Of a stretch of DNA of 64,000 nucleotides, positions 28,975 through 43,149 are shown piece by piece. The first letter of the stretch is position 1. Each line of letters begins with the position of its first letter. Both the position numbers and the translations under genes were made by a program. The notes under the pieces were generated by a model. The model was not told the origin of the DNA, did no database searches, and saw nothing but the letters and a program-made list of their open reading frames with translations. Source of the DNA: the human T2T-CHM13v2.0 reference genome, Homo sapiens; the NCBI RefSeq assembly GCF_009914755.1, contig NC_060938.1. The stretch is one strand, 5' to 3'.

Positions 28975-30230
28975 AATTTTTTATTAAGACAATTTCAAAC
29001 ATACACAAAAATAGAATAGCATAACAAATCTTCTATATAGCCATGACCGAGCTCCAGTAATTTTTATTTTAGGGTCAACCTTGTTTCATCTTTAAAAGCT
29101 CTCATTCAACCCTGGATTATTTTAAATTAAATACCTATGAATAGTGCCTGTTTATGTCTCTAAAAGTTAACTACTTAAAAAAATAGTAACACTACCATAC
29201 CTAAAAATAATTTTGTTAGGATCCAAATAAAAGATGCATTTTAAATTCCTTGCTATGTTTCTTAAATCTGTATGTTCCCTGTCTCTCTTTTCTTCCTCCA
29301 TGCAATTTATTTGTTGAAGGAAACCAGGGCAGAGTTTCTCATATTGTGAATCTTGCTGATTGCACTACACTGGTGTCATTTAACTTGTCCCTACGACTAC
29401 TATATTTACTGTAAAGGGTATTTGGAATTAGAGGGTTGATCAAATTTAGGTTCAGTTTTAGGGCAGGAGTACTTTACAGGTGGTTCCATCAAAGGCATGT
29501 GAAAATTCTGTGTGTCTCTCTTTTTGTGACATAAGGGCCCTGGGGATCATTGATTAGATCTATTATTTCATTATGGTGACATTATAATTCTATAATTCCT
29601 GCTTCCTCTATGAGTTAGAAAAACTCTGATAAGGAGAAGCTTTCCCTCATTAATTATGTTACCTCAGGTATAGCTCATACAGGAAAAACATAATGTGATT
29701 TTTTAACGTAGTGTATTAGTCCGTTCTCACGCTGCTGTGAAGAAATACCCAAGACTGGGTAATTTATAATGAAAATACGTTTAATTGACTCATAGTTCTG
29801 CATGGCTGGGGAGGTCTCAGGAAACTTACAATCATGGTGGAAGGGACTTCTTCACAGGGCGGCAGGAGAGAGAATGAGAGGAGCATGAAGGGGGGAAAAG
29901 TCCCTTATAAAACCATCAAATCTCATGAGAACTCACTATCACAAAAACAGCATGAGGGGAACCACCCCCATGATTCAATTATCTCCACTCGGTCCCATCC
30001 TTGACAAGTGGGGATTATTACAATTCAAGGTGAAATTTGGGTGGGGACACAGAGGCAAATCATATCACCTGACATTCTCTTAAAGTGCTCTATACATTTT
30101 TTTCCTTGTGCATCATTGTGGCCTCACTGATTTAAACATATTTGAAGTTTAAATCAGTTGCAGCTATTATTTTTATTGTTTCTCAAAATGTTCCTGTTTT
30201 TTTTGCCAGCGGGAATTTAGCCATGAAATT
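28975..30230 (-). mobile_element. L1MC-type 3'-end remnant interrupted by THE1
   Basis: tgcaatttatttgttgaagg...ttgctgattgca...agagggttgatcaaatttaggttcag. Resumes after 30067. Boundaries approximate. Confidence 0.6.
29712..30067 (-). mobile_element. THE1 (THE1C-like) MaLR solo LTR
   Basis: tgtattagtccgttctcacgctgct...gggtggggacacagaggcaaatcatatca, 356 bp, containing cttcacagggcggcaggagagagaatgag. Confidence 0.92.
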
Positions 30231-30285
30231 TAAAACATATTTTTAGAAAGTTCCCTTAATATATGTCATGAGAGTTTCTGTGTGA

Positions 30286-30604
<319 letters not shown>

Positions 30605-30938
30605 CTAAAATGTAATTTAAGTAGTTTTAATGTATTATCCTTATGCATGCAATAAATTTTACTGTATTATTATTCGACTAAGAATTAAAACTAAATTTGA
30701 GTTTTGTGCTAGAGATGCCATTATCGTGACTCTTCTAAGGGACAGCCTTGGAAGTCCTGTGATCAGCCCACCTGGGATAAGGTTCCCTGCTTGTCTTTTC
30801 CCCTCTCACCATTTTCTTAATTGAAGTGGTTTGAACGTGTTTTTGTGACCAAAAGGGCCTAAGACAGACATGAGTAGACTTGGTTTTTGTTTTGACTCTG
30901 GTGTTAACTAAGTTACAATTTGTTGAATTGGTCTAGAT

Positions 30939-31206
30939 CAGCATTTTCCCCAATGATATCCCTCAAAACACTAACTCTGCGGGATGCTCTTTAAAGGGTT
31001 TCTTGCTGAAATAAATTTCAGATATATGGCCAATAATTTTGGAGTATCACTAGGCCTAGTAGCATAAAAGGCTATCAGAATTTTACATGAAATAAATGAA
31101 TTTAACTTGGTATAACTGTGAGGTTTCCTTAATCTATCCTGCCACAAAATCATTACCAGTACTATGCTGTGCCTCTAGAGTTCCGAGGAATACTTGGAAA
31201 ATGCTG
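30939..31206. mobile_element. hAT-Charlie MITE (MER103C-like)
   Basis: Perfect 11-bp TIRs cagcattttcc / ggaaaatgctg. The 8-bp flanks gtctagat / ggttagct fit the NTCTAGAN Charlie target. Confidence 0.7.
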
Positions 31207-31684
31207 GGTTAGCTAATATCTAGGTCTCTAGTTCTAACTCTGAAAGTTTGACTGCAATGACAAAATGTGTCAGAAAATCAGAGTTTTTTTTTTTTCATGT
31301 GAAAGCTGCTTTCCCTCTTGTGTCTTCCTCTGCTTAATAATTGGTACTGTCTCATCTTAATGGGAAAATTCTTTTCTGGCTCCCAAACTTCAGACTGGAT
31401 GTGAATTTTTGTTGCAATAATTTCTAATGAGGACTAGAGAAAATTAGGGTTGGCTTTGTCAAGGCAGATGAAAGTAGATTTGTAGGAAGATAAGTGCAAC
31501 ATTGTGGTATTAGATAATTAATTTAGAAGAATGAGATTTTGGAGTCATCCAAAATAGAGATTAAAATTTAAGCCAGGGGAGTCATAGTGGAAATAGAAAA
31601 TGGAAGGATGAAGTTACTCCTTATAAACTGGGAGGATTTTTACTCTTCATAACAAACATTTAGCATCTTGGGGCTTTTGGTTTA

Positions 31685-31806
31685 TGGCCACTAACTGGGT
31701 CACTCTCAGTAAATCATATTCCTCTGTGGGCCACAGCTCCTTTATGTGCAAAATGAGAGTGTTTCACGAAATGGTTCCTTCTGTTCTAAGTCAGTGATCC
31801 CTATGA
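31685..31806 (+). mobile_element. MIR (MIR3/MIRc-like) fragment
   Basis: gccactaactgggt...cctctgtgggccacagctcctttatgtgcaaaatgagag...ggttccttctgttcta. Confidence 0.6.
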
Positions 31807-33360
31807 AATGTGCTTAAAAGCCTTCTGTGTTTTGTATACTATTGGTCTGTGGAGAAACACAGTCAAAAAGACTTTCCTTCTTAAATGTATTTATATTCCC
31901 AATAATCAATCTGGCTTAAAATATGGGGTGGAATTTTCCTGAAGATATTGGTAATGTTCTTGGTGGAAATAACATAGTGTTGGGAAAGGAATTAGTGACA
32001 AGCAACTTAGAATTAAGGGGAAGATATAGTAAAACTCTAAAAATTATTTTTTCTTTCTAGTATAGAAATGCACAAATAAATTTGAGGTAATTATTAGAAT
32101 CAGAGTAATACAGAAAAAATGCTGAATGTAATTAATTTTGATTATTTCAATAGATTATTGAAAGCAGAAAACACAGATATAGGCAATAGTAGTGAAAGAA
32201 CGTAGACTCTGGGACAAGTAGAGCATTTGAGGTAGCTCTCTACATGGTGGAAAAGACCTTAAGGGCAGGCTGGGACATCATTTCAGATTTTTATTTTCAA
32301 TTCCCAGCATGTTCTTTTGCTAACCTTTTTCTTTTTAATTACATTCTCATTTCATCCAAGCCAACAGCTTCAGAATTACCGTGCTTTTTGTTTCATGCAG
32401 TCGGTTTGCAAATAGAGCATGTCTGGGTTCCTCTGTGGCAAAGAGAATTAAAAAAAAAAGTTAACTTTGATTCTGTGACAAAATGTCTGTAAACACAACA
32501 AAACTCAGTCATGGTCCCACACAGAGTGGCTTTATTAAGCTGTCTGGTCCTGACTTCTCCCAAAGTAAAGCTTTAAAACTCCTTAAACGTATTTACTAGC
32601 CTTAAGCAATCAATGGTAAATGACCTTAATGTTTACTTCTAGTGAAGAACACTTCACATCTTAAGGATACAAAAGTAGTCCAAGCATTCAATGGTTAAAT
32701 AGAGCAAACAATTTTTTATTTATCACCTCGGGCCTGAAAAACTGTTGCATACAGCAGTCATAAGCAGTGTCCACTTTTAATACAGTATTTGCAACTCAAA
32801 TGTTTTCTTCTTCAATTTTAATCTGCAATTGCAAATTCCATAGTCCCTTTTGTTTGCATATCCTCAGGGTTTTGTTCTGCCAAATCGTTGGCTCACCACT
32901 TTCCATGGTAATTTATAGAACCCGGTTCACTTTGTGTCACTACAGGTTATAAATGAAAATGAAAACAATTTGCTGTTAAGAAATATTTCTGAAACAAAAT
33001 GCAAATAACATATTGAAACAAACTACAGCTATTTTAAAAGAACAGTGCAGTATAATTATAGGGATTGTATGATAGTAAATTTTCTTTTTAAAAACATAGT
33101 CTTTCTGTCTCTCTCTCTGAGGGTATTCTTCTGTATTTAAATTAAAATACTTTCTCTTAGGAGCCTTTTTTCTATTTCTGCTTTTCCCAGTCATTTGGCT
33201 TCACTGGACTGTGGTGGGAGTGGGGTTCTTAGAGATATTCCTGAGGGTTTGCAAATTCACCTGTACACCAAGAATTGCTGCTAAATAATCTATACATTCA
33301 TGGACCGTTATTTTAAAATATAAGTTGTGATTTATAATATTTGAAATTTATTTAAAACCA

Positions 33361-33644
33361 GGCCAGGTACAGTGGCTCACACCTGTAATCCCAGTACTTT
33401 TGGAGGCCAAGGCAGATGGATCACCTGAGATCAGGAGTTTGAGACCAGCCTGGCCAACATGTCTCCACTAAAAATACAAAAATTAGGCGGGCGTGGTGGC
33501 GGTTGCCTGTAATCCCAGGTACTTGGGAGGCTGAGGCAGAATTGCTTGAACCTGGGAGGAGGAGGTTTCAGTGAGCTGAGATTACGCCTCTGCACTCCAG
33601 CCTGGGCAACAGAACGAGATTCCATCTCAATAAATAAATAAAAA
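33361..33644 (+). mobile_element. AluS (AluSx-like)
   Basis: Dimeric Alu with small internal deletions. 17-bp TSD aaatttatttaaaacca (33344-33360) / aaatttatttaaaacta (33645-33661). Confidence 0.95.
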
Positions 33645-33884
33645 AAATTTATTTAAAACTAAAATGAAATCATGACATTTTCCTGTTGTCCATTTTCTTA
33701 ACAGTTTGTCAAATATCACCTGTATCAAATGAATATTCTACATGTAAATCTAACAAGGAGTTTCTTATATTTGTAGCGAAACACTTCTCTATGTAATTTG
33801 TTGATTAGTAGTTAGAATTGAATTAGTCATTAAAAGAATCACCATGAATTGATAGTGTGATTCTTTTAGAGAAGAGTCTCTTCC

Positions 33885-34032
33885 TCATGAGCTCATGAAC
33901 TTCTGGAAATTACTTGCTAAATTTTATGTGTACAAACATATATGTTTATTTTTTTTCTGAAGAGAAACTCGATAGCGGTGTTCATCCAGTTTTTAAAGGT
34001 GTCTGTCACCATAATAAGATGGGGAATTACTG
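33885..34032. mobile_element. Old hAT-Charlie MITE fragment
   Basis: catgaacttctggaaatt...ttttctgaagagaa...ttcatccagtttttaaaggtgtctgtcacc...gaattactg resembles Charlie MITE ends. Family uncertain. Confidence 0.45.
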
Positions 34033-35521
34033 TATGAAGAAACTATATGAGGCTGAAAATAGTGAGTAGACTGAATTTTCTTGGAATGATTTATATTTTT
34101 AAAAAATGTATAAAAATTCTCAAGTCTGCAAGTAAGAAAAGCTTTTGTATGTTACTTTGTAGTAGAGTGTGGCATATTCCAACAATAAATTGAATACACT
34201 CTCGTAATTGCCTATAAGTAAGGAAAAACTCAAACTCTTCATTCTTTCAGGGAACTATTACCAATACTCACCTGTGTTTTTATAATTAAGTCACTTTTAT
34301 TTTGTCCTCTGTATTTGTAAGGAGCTATCATTTCCTGGAAGGAATATTCAGACCAGAAATTGAGAGGTTGGTTTTAATTTCTCTTCTGTTACCTGATCTT
34401 TTAGCGTTGGGATAAAAAATTGTGACTTATATTCTAAAAGATGGTAAATTAATTAAAATAATTTTTTAGTTGTCTGATTTTAAACAGTCATGATATCCAG
34501 GCAACTGACTGATAAAAATGTTTCTTTTTAAGCTAGTCACACTGGTATCAAGTAGTTATAAATTTAATTTCCCTTTCCTTCAATATTTGTACCTATGGAA
34601 CAAATTTAACTATATATTCCCATTTGTTTACTGGAAATGCTAAGAAAAATAGATATCTGTAAACACATAATACTCAGAAAATTGAAATATGCTTTGTATT
34701 TCCTAGAAAATTCGGACTTAGTCATCAGAAAACACATAGCACACAGACCACACATTTAATGCTTTTTCCACTTTCTTCCCCATACTTCATTCTAGTTTAA
34801 GACCTTGAATTCCACATCTATACCTTTGATCCCAGATAACCTGGTAATGTAATTTGGGCAAAGGTGGGTTGTTCTTTAGTAGCCATATAGTGGTGTCCAT
34901 AATTAAATATGTACAGACACAACATTTCTTTTTCAAGATTGTGCTATGGCCAGCCAACGAATAAGAGACCTTAGACTTTCAAATATCACAAAATTCCTCA
35001 ACAATATTCTGTGTTTGAGAACTCATCTATTTCTTACTGACACCAGGTAATGTTATTTCAGCAATGACTTTTGACTAGTAAGCTAGGATATTTTATATTT
35101 TTAAATAATTTATTAAGATCAAATTTACCTACATCAAAATGCGTAAATCTTAAATGTAAAATTAAATAAGTCTTGACAAATGAACACACACAGGTAAACA
35201 GCATCTCCATCCAAATATAGAACATTTCCATCTCTAGCTAAGGTTTTCTGTACACACCACTTCCACAGGCAACCACTGTTCTGATTTTTATCCCTATAGA
35301 CTAGTTTGGATTATACATGAACTTTCTGTAAATAAAATATAGTATGTACTGTTTTGTATCTGGCTTCTTTCATATGAACTATTTTTAAAAACCTGTCCTA
35401 TTGTTTTCTCTACAGTTTGTCTCTCTTTTTGTTCCTATTTTGGTACCACAATATATATATATGCCTGTCCTGCTAATGGACACTTGGGCTGTTTTGGCTA
35501 CTAAAGATAAAGCCACTACAA

Positions 35522-35782
35522 TTTTGTTTGTTTGTTTGTTTTGTTTTTTTACAGAGTCTCACTCCTGTCACCTAGGCAGGAGTGCAGTTGTGTGATCATG
35601 GCTCATTGCAGCCTTGACCTCCTGGGCTCAAGTGATCCTTCCACCTCAATTTTTATTTTTTTTTGTAGAGACAAGGTCTTACTGTCTTGCTCAGGCTGGT
35701 CTTGAATTCCTGGACTCAAGTGATCCTTCCTCCTTGGCCTCCCAAAGTGCTGGGATTACAGGCAAGAGCCACCATGCCTGGC
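35522..35782 (-). mobile_element. AluJ with internal deletion
   Basis: AluJ diagnostics gatcatggctcattgcagccttgacctcctgggctcaagtgatcct. About 45 bp of the right arm is missing. (TTTG)n tail. Confidence 0.9.
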
Positions 35783-35878
35783 ATAAAAACATTTTATACA
35801 AGTCTTTGTGTCAACATTTGTTTTCATATTTCTTGAGAAAAAATACCCAGGAGCAAATATGCTCACTTATAGGGTAGG

Positions 35879-36462
35879 TGTGATGGTTAATAAAGGTGTC
35901 AACTTTATTGGATTGAAGGATGCTTAGATAGCTGATAAAGTATTGTTTCTGGGTGTGTCTGTGAAGGTGTTGCCAGAGGAGATTGACAGTTGAGTCAGTG
36001 GACTGAGAAAGGAAGACCTACCCTCAATGTGGGTGGGCACCATCCAATCTGCTGCCAGCACAGCCAGAACACAGTAGGCGGAAGAAGGTGGGATAGGCTG
36101 GCTTGATGAGCCTTCTGACTTTCACCTTTCTCCCCTGCTGGATGCATCCATCCATCTCTCCCTCCTGCCTTCAGACATCAGACTCCAGCTTCTTTGGCCT
36201 TTGGACTCTTAGACTTACACTAGTGGTTTGCTGGGGGCTTTCCGGCCTTTGGCCACAGACTGAAGGCTGCATCGTCAGCTTCCCTACCTTTGAAGATTTT
36301 GGACTTTGACTGAGTCACTATTGGCTTCTTTCTTCCTCAGCTTGCAGACGGCCTATCATGGGACTTCACCTTGTGATCAAGTAAGCCAATTCTCCCTAAT
36401 AGACTCCCTTTCATATATACATATATCCTATTAGTTCTGTCCCTCTGGAGAACCCTAATACA
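35879..36462 (+). mobile_element. MLT2A (MLT2A2-like) HERV-L solo LTR
   Basis: tgtgatggttaata...gtgtcaact...ggattgaaggatgc start and tagttctgtccctctggagaaccctaataca end. TSD gtagg/gtacg. Confidence 0.9.
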
Positions 36463-39400
36463 GTACGCATATGTTTAACTTTATTAGAAATTGCCAAGCA
36501 GTTTTCCAAAATATTGGTACCATTTTATAATTCCACCAGCAATGTTACAGGAGTTTCAGTGTCTCCATATCCTTACCAACATTTGGTGTTTTCAGCTTTT
36601 TAAAATTTAGCTATCTATACTAGTGGGTGGGAAACAATATTATCATTGTAGCTTTAATTTGCATTTTCCTGATGATTAAAGATGCTGAACACTTTTAAAT
36701 ATGTGTTTTATGTATTTTTTATTATAGTATGTTCCCAATTTTAAAAATTAGACTTTTATTAACTCGTATGATTTTTTGTGTTTTCTGGATGTGTGTTATA
36801 TGTGCGTGTGTATGTTTGTGGCTTGAATTTTCCTTTTCTTAACACTTTTTTTAGAAGCATGGACATTTTTAATTTTGATGAGGTCTAATTTATTATTTTT
36901 TTATTTTATGATTAGTGATATTTATGTACTCTCTAAGAATCATTACCTCCCCTAAGATTGTGAACATATCCTTCCATGATTTCTTATAGATTTACAGTTT
37001 TAGCTTTTACCATTAGGTCTATTATCTGTCTTGAATTAATTTCTATTATAAATTGAAGTAATTTGCATTCTGGTCACTTGTCCCACCACCATTTGTTGAA
37101 AATATTCTGTTTTCCCCACTGACTCTAAATGTGGTGATCTATTTCTGGAACTCTATTCTGTTTCACTGATCTATTTTTCCATCCTTATGCCAATGCCATG
37201 CTATTTTGATTACTGTAATATTATAACAAGTTTTGAAACCAGGTTGTATTAGTGCTCTAACCTTGTTTTTATTTTAAAAATCATATTTGGCTACCTAAAG
37301 TTCTTTGGGGTTTCTTAAATATTTTAGATTTATCTTGTAAATTTGTATAAGTAAACTTACTGGGGTTTTGATCAGAATGGTATTGAATCTATACAGAATT
37401 TGGGGAGAATTGACATTGTTTCAATATCAATTCTACTAATTCCTAAACATGGTATGTTTGTTTATATAGGTCTTCATTAATATCTGTTAAAATATTTGTA
37501 ATTTTTTATTGTAAATTATTTTTAAATTTTACTTTCAATTAGTCATTCTAGTATACACAAGCACAGCTTTTTTTCTACATTGACTTCATATTCTACAACC
37601 TTGCTAAATTTACTTATATTTAGTGTTTTTTGGTTGTTTGAGATTTTATAGATAACATCTATATGATAAATTTATATACTTTTAAATTTCTGTGAATAAA
37701 GACTTAATACTTCCATTCCAATCTTTATCCCTTTTATGCTTTTTTGGTCTTTATCACACTGACTGGATTCCTGAAGTTGAGGGACAAAGGATAATATCCA
37801 GTATTTTGCCAATAAATATAGTGTAAGTTACAGGTTTTCGCAGATGCCCTTTATCTGAATGAGGAGCTTCTCTTCCATTCTTAATTTGTGAATTTTTATC
37901 ATGAATGGTCCCTGTATTTTGTTAGAGCCTTCCTCTTCTTTATTCTGTCAATGCAATAAAATGTATTAATTTATTTTCTAATGTAAATTCTACTTGGTTA
38001 TGACATATTCTTTTAAAAATATATTTCTGCATTTGATGGATATTTTTAAATTTTGCATCATATATTCATGAGGGGTATTGGTGGGGTAGGAAATCTGATC
38101 AAGAGTTTTGCTACAAAGGGAAATTTTAAAATGGGGCAATAACTCGGAAAGTATAAGGTGTAGTAAGATTTTTTTTCTTTTAGCGTGGGAGAAACTAGAA
38201 GTGATCTTAAATAGATGTTTTTCTTTTTTTATATTTATTATTTGCTCATGTTCACTTTTCCCCAAGTCTTTAAGATAGATTACCAAAAAAAAAAAAAAAG
38301 TAAAATAGAAAGGGAGTCAATTAGTAACTTTACCTTTTTATAAGGCCTTAAAACTTATCCCTTCCTAGGAAATAAAATGGGCATCATCCTGTATTTTGGA
38401 AGAGAAACAGGTGTAGTTACTGTATGGCTGTCCAGGTAGACAGAAGAACTCAAAATGTGATGTGGATGCCGGTTTTATAACCCTGTGACATACACACCAC
38501 AGAGCCCAACCCCCGGTTTGTGAATTATTTTTTTGTTACTAACATTAGAAGTATATAACTTTGATATTTATTTTGCCTGGCTGCTCCCAAAATCTGATTT
38601 TAAGTTACTTTTCTTATTACAGGTAAAATAGCATGATATGCTGGTCAAATTGCTTTTTTATTTATGAAATGAGTTCTGGAATGTCATCTGTCTTTACAAG
38701 TAGAAACACACTGGCATTTTCCTACTCTTATTTTCACAATTTATTCTCAAGGTTATGCTTATCAATTCTACTTTTACATTTTATAATCTTCATTGGCCAA
38801 GAATAACATAATTCTTTTTTAAAATTAAGTGTAGAAAGGTTTTGCTTCAGAGTAAATGAGCCATTTTGGCTGGTCAGCTGTTATTAACATTTGTAATCCA
38901 TATTTGCTCTTTAATTTTCCTGATAGCTGAAAGGAGTTAATGAAACAATTTCCTTATGAATCAGATACCTTATCGAAAAGTAAAACTATTTTTACCCTCA
39001 ATTTTCTTGGACTTTTGTTAAAAAAAGAAGATTCACTCAATCTCTCTACCATATATAAATTACCACAAGTAAAGAACCATATTATTCTACTTTCTTAGAT
39101 TATGAACACCTTAAAGGAAGGCTCTTTTTTATCCTCACCACCTAGAATAATGTTTGATATGTTGAGAGGCACTCAATAAACATTTAAAGGATCAATTTAA
39201 ATGCCTTAAAATTTCTAAATATGCCAGTCCTTTTCTAGAAAACTCATTTTCCAAGGTGCTTTTGCTTATATAGTTGGTACTATAATTTAGATTTGGTAGA
39301 TCTACTCATAATAAAACCTATATAGGGCTTAGACCCTATTTTTATTTTATCTTCAAATTAAATTTGAAATTTGAAGAACTATTTTAAGAGATTTCTAATT

Positions 39401-39859
39401 TATAATTTCTTTAAAGGATTATAAAATATTTTGAAGAATTTTAAAATGGGCAATTTAATATGCTCTAACTTCTCTTAAAATATTACTTCTGCTTATTTTA
39501 ATTTTTTCTCTTGTATTTTATATTCTGTTCCAAATATGCTCTCCTCTTAATTTTGACATTCCTTTTTTTTCCTATGGTAGTAGCTCTTGAGAGCGTCCAG
39601 ATCTTTGTGGCATTTCTAATTGTGACTTCTCAGGTCTTTTGAAATCTGAGATAGTTGATATTGCCTAAGTCTATTTCACGCCTACACTCCCTTTTACTCA
39701 TATATCCACGTTCCTTTTCATGTATTTAGAGTTAATTTCTTTTGAATGTTCTTCCTTTCCCTAAGGACTGATAAACTTCTACACTTTGGCTATTTTCTGG
39801 AGGCATTAAAAACACTGCTTCCTCCGTTTTATTTTCTAGGATTTACTTATTCAGTCACG

Positions 39860-41710
<1,851 letters not shown>

Positions 41711-41880
41711 GTTACCCTGATCAAAAACTTCCCGTTCTTTGTACCTCTAGGGTACTGACCAGTACCTTTTTAGAGCACTGACCTTATGTTGCTGCCAGCA
41801 GACTTGTAACAGGGTTTCTTGTTCGTCTGGTTGGTTGTAGTTCTTTTCTTTTCCAGCAGATCTTCCTCGTTCAAGTCCCT

Positions 41881-42190
41881 GTAGGACCCTATCTGTCCCT
41901 ATCTGTCTCTACCTGTCCCTGCAAGTTTCTGCTAGTCTTTGCTAGTCTCTGCTAGTCCTTGCTGGTCTTTGCTAATCTCCGCTAGTCTTTGCTAGTCTTT
42001 ATCTATCCCTATCTGTCCCTATGGTCCCTGTTACTTCCTGCAAGTCCCTGTCATTCCTTACCTATCTCTATTTGTCTCTATTTATCTCTATTTATCCCTA
42101 CTTATCTCTATTTGTCCCTGCAGACCTCTTCAGTTCCCTTCAGGTCTCTTCAGGTCTCCGTTTGTTCTTGATAGTCCCTGTTAGTCCCTG
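41881..42190. repeat. Degenerate 10-bp-period tandem array (~31 units) in proviral 5' leader
   Basis: Blocks of atctgtccct, gctagtcttt (x7 at 41931-42000), tttatctcta, caggtctctt and ttagtccctg, in 10-bp register with one 1-bp slip. Confidence 0.9.
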
Positions 42191-42201
42191 TTCAGGTGCC
42201 A
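42184..42201 (-). promoter_or_regulatory. Primer binding site, tRNA-Lys3 (UUU)
   Basis: Minus strand TGGCACCTGAACAGGGAC lies 2 nt after the LTR. It differs from the Lys3 PBS TGGCGCCCGAACAGGGAC only by two CpG transitions. Confidence 0.92.
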
Positions 42202-42203
42202 CT

Positions 42204-42715
42204 TGTGGCAGAGTGCCCTGGTTACTACTTGAGACCGTCATTACAGCAATTACTACTGTTACTGCTTGAGACCGTCATTTAAGAGACTGAATGAAGGGAC
42301 AAACGTAGAAATGAAAACTTAAGACAAAAGAAACTATTTTAAAGGAAGGATCCAGGGGAAGAAGAAGAGAGCTCCCTGCTTCTAATGAGCAAAGGCAGCC
42401 CATTGAGCTTCCACAGCCCTTTGTATTTATTGGGTAGAAAGAGCAGGGAGGAGGAGGTAATGATTGGTCAGCCGCTCAATTAATCACAGGGTCATATTAT
42501 TGCTAACAAGCTTCAGTTGTGCCTAATCACAAAAACACTGCACTTGGGGCATGACTGCCCTCAGCATTCCTTCTGGGTGGCAGATGCAGTTTGTCATTTT
42601 GCCAACATCCTGCTTTGAACATCCTGCTTTCATGAGAAACAGTTTGCTGTTTGCTCCTGTAGCCTCCAGTGGTATACTGAGTTGATCATAACTCTCATTC
42701 TTTTGGCCACCAACA
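42204..42715 (-). repeat. 5' LTR of provirus
   Basis: TG...CA termini and an adjacent PBS. CCAAT box (42463-42467) and AATAAATA TATA-like box (~42424-42431) on the minus strand. Private duplication of aacatcctgcttt at 42604-42630. Confidence 0.92.
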
Positions 42716-43135
42716 TTCACTCTATTCTTTAAAGAAGACTACATTAAAATTCTTAGTTCTTTAATATCATTGCAAGAATTTTTCATAGAGAAAAAGTGAT
42801 TTAAAAATGCACTGAGAAGATGAAATTGTCATGAACTGGAATTTTGCTACCTATATATCCTCAATTCTTTTATGGAATCACTTTTTTATATATCAGAAAC
42901 ATAAGCTCATCCAACAGAGCAAATAATGTTTCCTGTTTGACTTGGAATTCATTGGTATATTAATCATAGCTACCCTATGAAAGAAATGTGCAGGGTTGAA
43001 ATATGAAGGCACATCCACTGCCGGGAAAAAAAGTCATCGAAACCATTATTTACTTGTCTTCATTTTCTGAGTTCAACCCTTAAAAACATCTAGTGTGGTG
43101 AACAGAATGAATGAGAGCAAATTAACTTTCATTCT

Positions 43136-43149
43136 CCAGCAGGGGGAGA
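43136..43149 (+). promoter_or_regulatory. Candidate CTCF core motif
   Basis: CCAGCAGGGGGAGA resembles CCASYAGRKGGCRS and lies in apparently unique sequence. Motif match only. Confidence 0.4.

Larger units (their letters stand above)
35095..38085 (-). mobile_element. Old L1MD/L1ME (3' UTR plus degraded ORF2) interrupted by AluJ and MLT2A
   Basis: aatatagaacatttccatc...ggcaaccactgttctgatttt 3' UTR, followed by antisense ORF2-like sequence (caccatttgttgaaaa; tgaatctatacagaatttggggagaattgacat). Confidence 0.75.

Noticed and set aside
41881-42190. CRISPR-like array
   Set aside because: Contiguous degenerate 10-mers with no unique spacers, inside a human ERV leader.
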